Assembly (NCBI GenBank): GCA_038087875.1 | Contig: CM075990.1 | Coordinates: forward strand, 1,676,001-1,740,000 | From: Malacoraja senta | Taxonomy: Eukaryota | DNA: 64,000 nt | Direction: 5' to 3' | Shown: positions 1 to 12,580 of the stretch, piece after piece | Layout of the letters: each line of letters begins with the position of its first letter | How positions within the stretch are numbered: the first letter of the stretch is position 1 | Notes under the pieces: model-generated | What the model saw: the letters and a program-made list of their open reading frames with translations, nothing else | Databases searched by the model: none | Told to the model about the DNA's origin: nothing | Made by a program: the position numbers and the translations under genes

Positions 1-712
1 CGGTAGAGATACACTCCACCCCACTTACTATGGTAAATATTTATGCGCCTAATTTTGATAATCCTCAATTTTTAAATAAAATTATGAATATAATCTCGGA
101 GTCTAATAATCAAAATGTGATAATTGGGGGAGACTTCAATTGCGTCCTGGATCAACACCTGGATAAATCTGCACAACAAAAGAGGACTAATATAAAATCA
201 AAAGCCAGCGAACTCCTAAATCCATACATAAAACACACAAACATAACAGACGTATGGAGGATTGCTAACCCAGCTGGAAGGGAATATTCCTTTTACTCAA
301 TGGTACATAAAACCTACTCACGTATTGATTATTTTCTAGTGGACACAAAATTAATTCCCTACACAATTAATCCTAAATATCACAATAGTATTATCACTGA
401 TCACTCCCCGTTAACTTTTTTCCTAAAACTAGAAGGAATGCCCAATAAAAAATCGTTTTGGAGGTTCAATCCCCAAATTTTAAACAACACACAGGGCTAT
501 ACATATCTAAAACAACAGATGGAATTTTTTTTGAGACTAATGACACCCCAGGCATTTCACCCTCTTTATTATGGAAATCTTTTAAGGCATTTATCAGAGG
601 ATCTATAATTTCATATCAAGCTTTTCAAAATAAAAAGAATAAGACCGAACAATTGCAGCGAGAAGAACAAATTAGACAATTGGATTTAGATAATGCGAAA
701 GAGCCAACTATA
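1..712 (+). mobile_element. L1-clade LINE ORF2 fragment (APE endonuclease), frameshifted; different subfamily from the adjacent minus-strand L1
   Basis: ORF 30..608 has NIYAPN, IIGGDFNC, YSRIDYF, TDHSP and WRFN motifs; continues in another frame (LWKSFKAFIRGSIISY); joins head-on to a minus-strand L1 at about 712. Confidence 0.9.
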
Positions 713-2670
713 GAAATTTTGGAATCTATAATATCAAAGGAAGATTTGTCAATAAAAATTGGTATCGTCTGAAATAAATACAGAAATTTAGGTAAAATGA
801 ACATTTTAATAGCATTGATTCGGCCAATTAAGGATAAGGACATTGGTGACCATTTAGTAAACTGATGTTTAATATGGTCAATTAAAGGCATACAATTAGC
901 TTTAAATAAATCCTTGTGTTTCTTGGTGATCTTAATACCTAAATAAGTAAAACCTTCGGTAGTCAATCTAAGTGGAAACTGTCCATAATTCGAAACAAGA
1001 TTATTTAATGGAAAAAGCTTTAGTTTATAACCAGAAAAACGACAAAATTGATTAAGTAATGCTACTATTGCCGGAATCGATTTCTCAGGGTTAGAAATAA
1101 ATAATAACAAATCATCTGCATATAGAGATAGCTTATGTGTCTTATTCCCGCGGACAATACCAAAAATATTAGGGGATTCCATAATAGCGGTGGCTAAAGG
1201 TTCCAAAGCAATATCAAATAGTAAAGGACTTAAGGGACAGCCCTGTCTAGTACCTCGAAAGAGCATGAAAAAAGGGGATCTCTGATTATTGGTAAATACA
1301 GAAGCCTAAGGTATATGATATATCAGCTTGATCCAAGAAATAAATTTTGGACCAATCTTAAATTTTTCAAGTGTATTGAAGAAGTATTCCCATTCTATAT
1401 CAAACGCCTTCTCGGCATCAAGTGAGATGACACATTCTGGGGTGTTATTTGACGCTGTATATACAATATTCATTAATCTCCTAACGTTAAAGTATGAGTA
1501 ACGATTTTTAATAAAACCTGTCTAATCTTCAGTGATAATTTGCGGTAAAATATTTTCCAATCTCATAGCTAATATTTTGGACAGAATTTTGAAATCTACA
1601 TTTAACATTGATATAGGTCTATATGATGTCACTTCAGTAGGGTCTTTATCTTTTTTAAGAATTAAAGAAATAGATGCTTCATAAAAAGATTGTGGTAATC
1701 TATTCCTTAAAAAGGCTTCTTTAAATACCTTGCATAGCCAGGGAGACAATAAATTTGAAAAATTCTACTGTAAACCCATCTAAACCGGGAGCTTTACCAA
1801 AATTCATTGAAATAATTGCTTTCTGTATTTCTTCTTCCGTGATGGGTTCATCTAACAACAGAGACTCATTATATGGTAAATTTGGTAAGTTCAGTTTCTA
1901 TAAAAACTCATGCATTATGTTGGAATCAGTAGGAAATTCTGATTGGTATAGGGAGGTATAAAATTCCTGAAAGGCTTTATTAATTTCGTCATGGTCTACA
2001 GTTAGTGTACCATCCCGTTTACTCACTTTAGTAATCTGAAGCTTGGCCGACACCGCTTTCAACTGATTAGCGAGTAATTTACCAGATTTTTCACCATGTA
2101 TATAAAATTGACTTTTGGTTTTGAGTAGCTGCTTCTCAATCGGTGATACTAATAACAAATCATGTCTCAATTGAAGTTCAACTCTTTTCATATAGAGCTC
2201 TAAACTAGGAGCTTTTAAATATTTTTTATCAATTTCTTTAATCTCGTCAGCCAATGTACGGATTTCTTTTTGAGTTTGTTTTTTTAATCCCGCGTAGTAT
2301 GAAATAATTTGACCACGAATATATGCCTTAAAAGCATCCCAGACTACACCATTGGATATTTCTTCAGTAGAGTTTGTCAAGAAGTAAAAAGCAATCTGAC
2401 CTTTCATAAAATTAATAAAGTTTATGTCTTGAAGCAAAGTAGCATTAAATAGTAAGATTAAACGACCTTACCAATTTGAAATTTGACCTTTATTTTATGA
2501 GGAGTTACGATGAGCGATTACGTGAAGAAGGCCGTCAGCCCACATGCGCGTCAATCTTCAAAGCAGCGGTGTGAAATCACAGATTGTAGTAGTTGACCTG
2601 AACATGGTAAGATAGGAGAGAACTACAACCTACCAGATGACCTTTATAATATGAGGATGGGAGCGGTGGG

Positions 2671-2783
2671 CACGTAATCGCTCATCGTAACTCCTCATAA
2701 AATAAAGATCAAACTTCAAACTGGTAAGTTCTCGTTTAATCTTACTATTTTACTTCGGAGTCACGTGCGTGACTATGTGAAGA
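2671..2783. repeat. DIRS internal complementary region (ICR) containing the circle-junction sequence
   Basis: 2671-2746 is the near reverse complement of 2451-2524; 2747-2783 (attttacttcggagtcacgtg...) is the near reverse complement of 8248-8284. Confidence 0.9.
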
Positions 2784-4513
2784 CTTTAAAGCTCTGTGAT
2801 TTCATGCCGGAAACGAGTCCAAGCGTCACACACTGCACCAATTGACCATGGATGAGTGAAAAAGATTAAAGCATTCAGACTTGACGAGATTGTTTAAAAA
2901 ATGCTGATGCTTTTAATCCTCAAAGAAAAATAATAGTGACCCCTCCCATCCTGGGGGGAAACTATAAGACAGAACTTAAAACGGAGCTGGCAAAGACCCC
3001 CGGACCGGCAATGGGTTTATTGTAAAATCTCTGGAACGTCCGTTCATTGGACCATAATGCAGCCGCTAGGATGAGGTCGAAGGGATGTCCATAGGCCTTG
3101 CTGCCGACGTAGATGCAGCCCTGGTGGAGTGAGATTTAAAGGTTTCAGTGTCAACTCCTGCATTTGCCAGGACCTCTCTTAACCATCTAGAGATAGTTTG
3201 CACTGATACCTTTTTTAAAGGTTTTTTGTAGCTTCTGAACACAGATAACTCGGTGCTTCTAAGGTTCTTGGTGACCTTGATGTATTGAAGAATGTGTGTT
3301 ACAAAACACAACCGTGGGTCCATGGGATATGCCAAAACACTAATTTGAGCCCTGACACCCCCGGTCTGCTCTGTTTGATTAAATGCTAAATGAAAAAAGT
3401 AATATTATTGACAGATGTGGCCATGTTGTCCAGTCGTAATTTGTGTAGCGTCTGGACACGTTGCGCTGTGACCAGCGCCATAAGCATGACCACTTTGAGG
3501 GTGAGTTTGGATAAAGGCAGGGACGAAGCTGGTGCCCACTGGCGAAGCAGTCAGTACCACGCTCACATCCCATACCTCCGTGTACCGGGGCCTGGGTGGT
3601 ATAGATTTAAAAATTCCCCTCATAAACCTGGTTATCAAAGGGTGTGATCCTACAGAGTGTTGACCTGATCCCAGCACTAAATATGAGGATAAAGCGCTCC
3701 TGGCACTGTTGATGGCACTATAGCTCAGTTTTTGATCATAGTATAGGGTAGATAGAAATTCCAATACATCTGTTATTCGAGCTGAGTCATACGTTATGTC
3801 TGTGGATAAACAGAACATCTTCCACTTCTTGATGTGAGCGTGGTACTGACTGCTTCGCCAGTGGGCACCAGCTTCGTCCCTGCCTTTATCCAAACTCACC
3901 CTCAAAGTGGTCATGCTTATGGCGCTGGTCATAGTACTGTTTTTTAGTACTGTCCCTCCAGGCCGCAGTTATCACATCCACTGTACGTTCTGATAATCTG
4001 AGCCCCAGGTATGGTCTCCTCAGAATCTGCAAATCAATAAATTGATTTGGTCATAAAGTGGATGGTTAAGCCCCATTACTGGGTGAACCAGCCGATTTCT
4101 GCTTTTGGGGACAGCCATAAAAGGCTGTGTTATCATAGCCAGGACTAGTGGGAACCAAGGCTGTGTCGGCCAGTCAGGCACTACTAAAACACCTGTGGCG
4201 TTGTCTTGCTTAATTTTTGCCAAACACCGACATGAGGCAAAATGGGGGAAATGCATACAAAAACATTCCTCCCCAGTGAAGCAAGAAAGCATCTACTGCC
4301 ACCGCTCCTGGGTCTGGTTCCCATGATACATATTTGGGTAGCTGGTGATTTAGTCTGGATGTGAACAAACCATACCGAGCAACAATGTCTTGAAACATTT
4401 CACGACTCAACATCCATTCTGAGTTGTCGTTAAATTTCCGTGATCTGGTGTCTGCCACTATTGTTGTATCTACCTGGGAGGTAGATGGCTGAAACCCAAA
4501 TGTTCCTTGTAAT

Positions 4514-5422
4514 GGTAACAGTGCGGTACCACTAGGGGCGCCGCACTAACGGCAGCCTCTGCCTGCAGCCTGTTCGTTTTTTCAATCTTTTTTTAAATTT
4601 TTAGTTAGTTTAATGTCTGTTTAGGGGGAACTTTAACTTTCTATGTGGGGGAGGGGGGTAGGGTAAGGGGGAAACTGCTTCCCAGTCGCTTCCTGGCGGG
4701 GACGCGACTATTTCTCCAAGTCGCGTCCTCGCCCCCCTCCTCCTACCACCTGGATTGTAGCGGCCTTTCCTGCCGGGGACCGGGAACCGGACCAGAGCTG
4801 CAACAGCGGCGGCGCAGCGCTGAATTCACCGCGAAGCGGGCGATGCCGACCTGGATCGCCGCTTGGAGCTCGTGGAGCTGCGGTTTGGGAGAGCTTCCAG
4901 CGTTTGGGAGAGCTCCAACATCGTGGAGCTGCGGTTTGGGAGAGCTTCCAGCGCGGCCGGCGCTGAACAACATCACAGAGTCCTGGGACCCTTTGCCGAG
5001 GGCCGCCAGCGCTGCATCTCTGCATCTCCGCCCGGCGCGGCCTGCGGACTTTGGGAGCTGTGGAGGGGGCCGGTAGGAGGGGGCCGACTCTGATGTCCAA
5101 GCCGCTGAGGAGGTCCCCCCAGCCCCGACATCGGACTTACATCACCCCGGCGAGCGGGTCTGAACATCGGACCGCCCGTAGCGGCGACTGAGGTGGGCTC
5201 GGGGAGGCCCCGACCACGGGTGAACAGTGGGGAACATTAGAGGAAGATGACTGACTTTGGTGCCTTCCCTCACAGTGGGAAAATTTGATCCTGCTGTGTG
5301 GGGATGTTTTTATGTTGAACTCTATCATGTGTTGTGTTCTTATTTTTGATTGTATGGCTGTATGGTAATCACACATTTCACTGTGCCATCTGGCACATGT
5401 GACAAATAAATGTATCTTGTAT
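4514..5422 (+). mobile_element. Non-autonomous GC-rich retroposon inserted in DIRS pol
   Basis: Flanked by CTTGTAAT (4506-4513 and 5423-5430); ends in cacatttcactgtgcc...gtgacaAATAAA plus an ATCTTGT tail; DIRS pol resumes on both sides. Confidence 0.7.
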
Positions 5423-8400
5423 CTTGTAATACACCATTGCAAATAAGGTTAGCCAACTTGTCACGATACAGACTTGATTCCACCCATGTGATTAACATAT
5501 GCCACCGCTGTAGTGTTGTCAATTTGTAGTTGAACATGCACATGCTGCATTTAACTGCAATAAGCCTTCAGCCCATAGAGTGCTCACAACAGCTCCAAGT
5601 AGTTAATACCATATTGCTGAAGAATTAATGACTCCTGCACATTCCATCTACCACCGCAGCTAGAGGTGGTATTTGTAGCTCCCCAGCCTAGGGCACTTGC
5701 ATCGGTTTGTAAGATAACTGATGGTGAATCGAGTAAAATTTTCCTGGAGCAATAACGAATATTCGTTACCCACCATTGTAATTCAGCAATGGCTTCTGCT
5801 GGCAATCGCATAGGTCTACCGAAGTGACCTGCACAGAATTTAAGTGCCTGCTCTTTGGCACATTGTAAATTTTGATAGTGCAAAGGCCCGAATTGTACAG
5901 CTGGAAAGGCAGCCACTAGTTTGCCAATTACACTAGCTAAATGTCTAATAGAATGCTTCTGTTCAACAATGAGATTGTTACAGGCTTCTATTAAATCTGA
6001 TCGCTTGTCCCAGTGCAGAGTCACTGACATGTTAATTGCATTAATGGTGAATCCCAGGTAATCAATTACCCTGGTAGGTATCAATTTGGACTTAACTGGA
6101 TGGATGAGAAAACCCAATCTCTCAAGCATGAGCTTGGTGGCTAAATCAGATGATTCAGCTAATTTCATATTTCCCCTATGATAAGAATGTCATCCAAATA
6201 TGCCATGACAATATGATTCTGAGTTCTGAGTAGTCCCAGGACTGGTTTCAATAGCTTTGTAAATAGCCTGGGAGCTGAGGTTAGTCCATTAGGCAATGCT
6301 TTAAACTGCCATAATTGTCCCATCCAGTTAAACTTCAAATATCTCCTGTGCTCCCTGTGAATAGCTACCGAGTAGTATGCATCTTTAAGGTCAATGCATG
6401 CCATATAACCTCCTTTAGAGATCAGTTGTATGGCAGTAACAAAGTTATCCATTTTAAAGTGTTTATACTGCACAAAGGTGTTAAGTTCAGTCAAGTCTAG
6501 GATGATACGGCATCCTCCACTCTTCTTCCGCTTAGTGAATATATTTGATACAAATTGGTGAGTTTCATGAGATGACATCTCAATGACTTCTTTCATGTGT
6601 AAAGCTTCAATTTCAGCTTGTACCTCCAAACTTTCCTGTTGTGAAAAAACATATGTGCGGTGGGGTGAATGTTGTGTAGGTGGAGGCGAATTGCGAAGGA
6701 ATTCAATTTGGAAACCTTGTATACTGTGCAGTATAAACGGGTCTAGAGTGATCCAAAGCCATTCTTGCAAGAAATGTTGCAATCTTCCCCCAACTTGTGA
6801 CTGAGTCATGTTTGATGTGTTCCGCAAGGAACTAGGTTCACCTACCTCAGATGTTACTGGTAGTATGGTGCCGGTTTCCGCCCCAGAGTTTTGGAGGGTA
6901 GCACTGATGGCGGGTGCCCTCCGCGCATCCTGGAAGTTAGCCGGCTTGGGCCTTGCTCTAAAAAATACCTCTATGTCGTCTGTTCGGGTCTCCCAACAGT
7001 TCCGGTGTACTGCCTGGTGTTGTAGGGACCGTAGGGGTGTTGCCGCCAGTATGATGAGACTTTCGGTGTGGTCGGGACTTTCATTAGGCGTACCTTCTTA
7101 GCCTCATCATCCAGTTCCCGGACCTGTTTGGTCAGATCTTCGCCGAACAGATAGTTGGCAGCTTGGACATTGCTGGCCTTGCACAGCGCAGCAAATTTGG
7201 GGTTTAACGCCGGCCAGATAGCATTTTTCCTCAGGCAATTTATCTCAAAATGTGCATTGCACATGAGAGCCATGGCGTCCTGCTGTGTCTCTGATAGAGG
7301 CTCCCCGTCCACTGACCTGGCGACGGCCGTAATGCCTGAGGTGAGCAATTTTAAAATCTTTTGGAGCATCATCTCCTGGGCTCTGACGCCCGCTCCAATG
7401 TTGCCCCAGATGGAGTGGTTGACGGCTGGCACATTTAGAGAGGCACAATTGGCAGGAGTATGGTACTTATTTGTTGTCTCCTCCATGGCCAGATCTTGAA
7501 GCTGGTGAGATGCCAGGTAATTAATGCTGCTGGCTAGGTCTTCGTCCAGGGGTTTCCCTGATAGCGACGAGATGGCAAATTTAGATGCCATTACTTGCAC
7601 TTCTGCCTCATGCCCTCGAGTGTGCTCACCAGCTGTGCCACCGAACTCCGAGTCAGATAAATACTGACCCCGTGTGCTCCCCTCCTCAGAGAGGGTGACA
7701 CTGTGCAGCCCTGTGACAGGTGCCGCTGGCACGGGCCCCCATGGAGACCCGCGCTGATATAGCTCCCTCCTTCGGAGCATATCATTTTGGAGCCACCTCT
7801 CCATTAGGTGCTCCATGTGGGTGAGTTGTCCGCTGACGCTCCCCAGTGTAGGAGGGGAACCCTCAGTCCACGGGCCTAACAGACTTATGTGTGGCCTTGC
7901 GCCCAGGCGGAACTGCCACGGTGCAATCTCCCGGCACCAAGTCTGCTGTCGTTGGCTCCACTGCCAGCGACCCCGAAGGCGATATGGACAGCCGCCCGCT
8001 ACCCGCGCTCCCGCGGTCTTCGGTAGCTGGTTTTACCGCGGACCGTCACTTTACCTTCGACATTCTCCGAATGGTTCCAACTCGTCTGTGGGTAAGAATT
8101 TTACAGAACCAAGCCAAAACGACCTCAGAGAAAGTTTAAACACTTACCAGAGGATTTTAAACTTACCGCTGGAAGGAGCAACGTGCCTGCCAGTCAGTCG
8201 TTGCGCAATGCGTTAGACGTAATGACGCGCATGCGGGCTGACGGCCTCCTCCACGTAATCACTCACGTGACTCCGAAATAAAATCGCCATTGTTTAGCAC
8301 TAAACTTGGAATCAGGTAGTTTGATTGATAGTTTCAATGGTGCGTGATCAGAAATAGCAATTACATCATACTCACATGCAGTGACCGATGGAACTAGCCG

Positions 8401-9019
8401 AGAATCTATTATAAAATAATCAATCCTAGAATAACTCTGATATACATGAGAGAAAAAAGAAAATTCTTTGTCATTTGGGTGTAAGAATCTCCAAACTTCT
8501 AACATTCCAGATTCAAGTAAAAATGAATTAATAAAATTAGCTGATTTATTTAGAAGCACATGATCAGATGTAGACCTGTCAATCAAGGGGTTCAGACAGC
8601 AGTTGAAATCTCCACCCATTATTAAAAAGCGTTAATTTAAATTAGGAAAGGATGCAATTAACTGTTTAAAAAACTCAAAGTGATCAATATTTGGTGCGTA
8701 GACATTCACGATAGCAACTTTTTGCTTATAAAGAACACCGGTAATCACCAAAAATCTGCCATATGGATCAGAAATTGTTTCATAGTGAACAAATGGAATT
8801 GAGGAGTCAATAAAAATAGAGACTCCTTTCACCTTAGCCTGTGAAGTTGAATGAAACTGCTGTCCTCTCCAAAACTTGAAGAATCGTAGATTGTCATCTT
8901 GCCTCACATGAGTTTCCTGAACAAAGATAATCTGAGCATTTAGTCTGTGAAGAGCTTTAAAAAAAATCCTCTTAATGGGATGGTTCAAGCCATTCACATT
9001 CCATGAAAGGAAGTTAATA

Positions 9020-9705
9020 TGATTCCCCCTGCCCTCCAACTCTACGACCACATCCTTATCCAAACTCGATAGCCCTTGATGTCTCCTCCCCTTCCTCAGC
9101 CCTCGGGCTGTCTCCTCCCATCCCTCAGACCTCGTGCTCCTCCTCCGCCTTTTTCCTTTCTTCTCCCCACCCACCATCAGTCTGAAGAATGGTTTTGGCC
9201 CGAAACATTGCCTATTTCCTTCGCTCCATAGATGCTGCTGCACCCGCTGAGTTTCTCCAGCATTTTTGTGTACCTTCGATTTTTCAGCATCTGCAGTTCC
9301 TTCTTAAACACTTTGTCTACTCCACTGCGAAATCTCCTCAAGGTATGCCTACTTTGAAGAAGTTCTCCTCCTCTCTCCGGAGACAGTTTCACAACATCCT
9401 CTCTAACTGCCTCCCCTCTGTGATCCCCCCCTGCCCACCAACTCTACGACCACATCCTTACCCAAACTCGATAGCCCTTGCTGTCTCCTCCCCTTCCTCA
9501 GCCCTCGGGCTGTCTCCTCCCATCCCTCAGCCCTCGGGCTCCTCCTCCGCCTTTTTCCTTTCTTCTCCCCACCCCCCATCAGTCTGAAGAAGGGTTTTGG
9601 CCCGAAACGTTGCCTATTTCCTTCGCTCCATAGATGCTGCTGCACCCGCTGAGTTTCTCCAACATTTTTGTGTACCTTCGATTTTTCAGCATCTGCAGTT
9701 CCTTC
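9020..9705 (+). mobile_element. Non-autonomous Penelope-like partial tandem (about 402-bp unit) with two hammerhead-like cores
   Basis: 9021-9310 repeats as 9421-9710; CTGAAGA...GAAAC cores at 9182 and 9584; same terminal sequence as the Penelope at 20.5-22.6 kb; TTAATA duplication at 9014-9019 and 9706-9711. Confidence 0.85.
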
Positions 9706-9900
9706 TTAATAACTTTATCCATATTGCTTGTAAAATCATGTGGGATGTAAAGGGTTAATTTCTTAAAGTGTAATAGTTCATGATACTGGAAGAAGAAAAA
9801 TCTAGGGCGGAGCCAGAAGTGACGACATTTCAGACATTTTTGTAGTTCAGATTTTGCACAAATGAAGGACACTAAATAAGGAACAAAAGACCCCTCCCCC

Positions 9901-10972
9901 TGTAAATCACTCCAGACTGTATAAGATTTACACACATCTTTAATCAGCCAGTAACTTGGCTGCATTACAAAACGAGGTGTTGTCAGTACATCCTAGCTGC
10001 TTCAACTAACGGTGCTGGGAATGGGCGTTAGTATAAATGTTATAATGGGGTGGAGTTAGTGATGCTGGCTAAGTGTGATTGATTCACATGCATCATCAAT
10101 CTACATCCTTCCCCCTAAAGATTAAATGTGGAAAGGAAGTGTATTAAACATACTCGCCATACCTGTCTGGTGGTCTACTAACACGGCCCGAGCGCGTGCG
10201 GACCCAACCATCCCTTCCCACCACTGAAGGATTAGGCGGAGAGGCTGAAGGTGAAAATCGCACGGGAGAGGATTGTGGTGACCGAGGGGGGAAACATGCG
10301 GTGGGTGTAACCCCATGGTTAGTGGAGACAGAGGGACGTGGGGGGGTGCAAGGCATGCGGGGACGGGCGGGAGACATTGCGAAAGGCGGCTGGAACTGGA
10401 GCGGCGGAGCATAGAGATCAGCAGGCGGTGGTCGGGGCTCCTTCACAGCAAGCAGGTGTTGTCGACTTCTCCGTCTCTTGCGATGTTTCTGAGATTCAGG
10501 AGATCGAGATAGACGTCTGACTTTGAAATGCGCGCTCCCTCCAGCAAGTGCTTGGCGCTTCTGACAGCGCGTTCATTTCGGTGTACAATGTTCATGTAGC
10601 TGGTAATCAATTTCAAACGTGGCCCAGTGTTCGCTGATAGCAGCATCAAAGACAAGAGGCTCAGGCTTTCGACAAGAAGTAGCCATCGTAAAGTAAAGCA
10701 AAACTCACAAAAGATAAAATAAAAAACGTTATACAAGAGGAGTGGATAAGACCATTTCTGACGCCATGTAAATCACTCCAGACTGTATAAGATTTACACA
10801 CATCTTTAATCAGCACAGTAACTTGGCAGAATTACAAAACGAGGTGTTGTCAGTACATCCTAGCTGCTTCAACTAACGGTGCTGGGAATGGGCGTTAGTA
10901 TAAATGTTATAATGGGGTGGAGTTAGTGATGCTGGCTAAGTGTGATTGATTCACATTCATCATCAATCTACA
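9901..10972 (-). mobile_element. Miniature internally deleted LTR retrotransposon (Gypsy-derived, TRIM-like)
   Basis: Near-identical LTRs of about 205 bp, TGT...ACA, at 9901-10105 and 10767-10972. Minus-strand PBS TGGCGTCAGAA (tRNA-Leu-like) and PPT agggggaagga. CCCCC flanks. Integrase remnants ERAVRSAKHLL...LLNLRN and RTRSGRVSRPPDRY. Confidence 0.9.
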
Positions 10973-11971
10973 CCCCCCACCCCTGTAACGCTGCAAACTG
11001 ACCAATAGACAGTCAGTAAGCCACCTAATCCATTCCCTGACCCCATCTCTCCTAGTAACAGCGCCCGACATAGAGAAGATCATATTTAGCCACTCTCTAA
11101 CCGTAACACTGTTATCGTTTGAAAGAGAGAAAAAAAAATACAGGCTGGCAATGGAGTTGAAGAGCGAATGCTACATATTATTATGCAAGTTCAAGATATG
11201 AAAAATAAGAACTGCGTTCTCTTAGTTTGTCTGACGACAGGGGAACACGAATTAACAAAGACAATTATCATTTTAGAAGCATATTTTATAACGTCATCTC
11301 CTTGTTGACCTTCCGGCAAACCAACAATTCGTAAATTCAAACGACGGCTTCTGTTTTCCAGGTCCATATTTTTAGTCTTGTATTGCTGAAGTGCTCGAGT
11401 ATTTTCATTCATTCTCCGTTGCAGTATTTCAATCTTCAAATCTCTCTCCCGGCCCAGGGTTCGCAAGTTATCAATTTGATCCCGAATGGCCTCCTCCTGC
11501 ACCTATTTTCTATGTTTCTATATTTTCTATGTTCACGAAGTTCATCTTGTAATAAAGACAGTTTTCCTTGGACTTCCTTCAATTTGGTCAAAACTCCTTT
11601 CACCATTTCTTCCAAACTGCCAAATCTTGTTTTCATTTCATTTTTCAGTTCATTTTTCAATTCATCGTTCATTTTCGTTATTGCTTCTATGATACTGGAG
11701 TCAGAAGCTGTGGCTGTGGTTGTGCCTTTCCCCTGTTCCTTCCTTGGGGAGCCTCCTTTCATTCTTGTCTCCATCCTTTTCACAATTAAGGCGTGTAAAG
11801 GTGTTATCAATACTTTATGAAAAGTTAGACCGTGTCTTGAAGTCAAATAGTCACAAGTAACATTGAAAGAGTGGTAAATGGAAGTGAAAAGTTAAGGGAG
11901 CAAACGAATTTGCAACCTTACAGCATGCTGCCACTGGGAGAGTCTTCGTGACCTAGCAAGCGCAAATCAAG

Positions 11972-12336
11972 CGTGAATAATATGCTCCGCAGAATCAGGC
12001 TAACACTATTTGCAATTTACAAGGAGATTCACAAAATCACTCCATCAAATCTCCCGTCATCCCAGAGCACCAACTGCCATGAAACAAGACAAAATAACAG
12101 TCCCTACATCATCAACTCGCTAAATTTTAATATACTTTGCTACCAATATTCCCTTTACCCAAGGACGATAAGGGAATGGATGTGCTGCTAAATGTTAAGT
12201 CATTTAAAAAGGGGATTGACCAACTAAACGGTCAAAAAGACCCATTTCAAAATATAATCGCTACTCTACTCACTCGGACCTGCATGAGATAACCACTGAT
12301 GAGGTGTTTGCGCAGTAATCAACCAGAACCAGAACC
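11972..12336 (+). mobile_element. 3' fragment of a CR1/L2-group LINE
   Basis: Encodes ...YQYSLYPRTIREW; ends in an (AACCAG)n tail at 12321-12336. Confidence 0.65.
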
Positions 12337-12580
12337 ATCTACCTTTAGAACCATTAACTATCTTTAATCGGTCTTTACTGGACGTTATATTGTACTACAG
12401 ACAGTGCTATTTGGAAAGCTTCACTATGATCCCAAAACATAACAATAAGCCTGGAAATTGGAAGCGTTTTAGGATTATACAAAAACTGCCATTGGAAAGC
12501 GAAGAGCACACACAAAAATAAAAGTGAAAAACATGAAAGCAGACTATCAGAGATGGAAAACAGATGCTCCATAAAAAAGA

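Larger units (their letters stand above)
2451..8284 (-). mobile_element. DIRS1-type tyrosine-recombinase retrotransposon, structurally complete but with disabled ORFs
   Basis: gag-like ORF 6971..7816; RT 6165..6827 (CIDLKDAY, LPNGLTSAPRLF, YLDD); RNase H (TDASALGWG, INYLELL); methylase-like domain 4210..4458 (YAFPPF); YR 3066..3932 (HSTRAASTS). Inverted termini at 2451-2555 and 8222-8284; internal complementary region 2671-2783. Confidence 0.95.
713..11945 (-). mobile_element. L1 LINE (5'UTR, partial ORF1, ORF2 EN/RT, 3' truncated) interrupted by DIRS, Penelope and LTR insertions
   Basis: ORF1 remnant 11.2-11.8 kb (DLENRSRRLNLRIVGLPEG). ORF2 ATG at 9722 (MDKV|INFLSWNVNGLN, split by a TTAATA duplication). 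EN at 8285-9019; RT at 713-2450 (GTRQGCPLSPLLF, LYADD). Same family as 49.9-54.3 kb. Confidence 0.92.

Noticed and set aside
1..2450. Opposed L1 pieces as a twin-priming inversion
   Set aside because: The two pieces cover overlapping ORF2 regions with quite different sequence, so they are different subfamilies joined by deletion or insertion
4210..4458. Bacterial methyltransferase or contamination
   Set aside because: The methylase-like domain is a known part of DIRS pol and is embedded in vertebrate repeats
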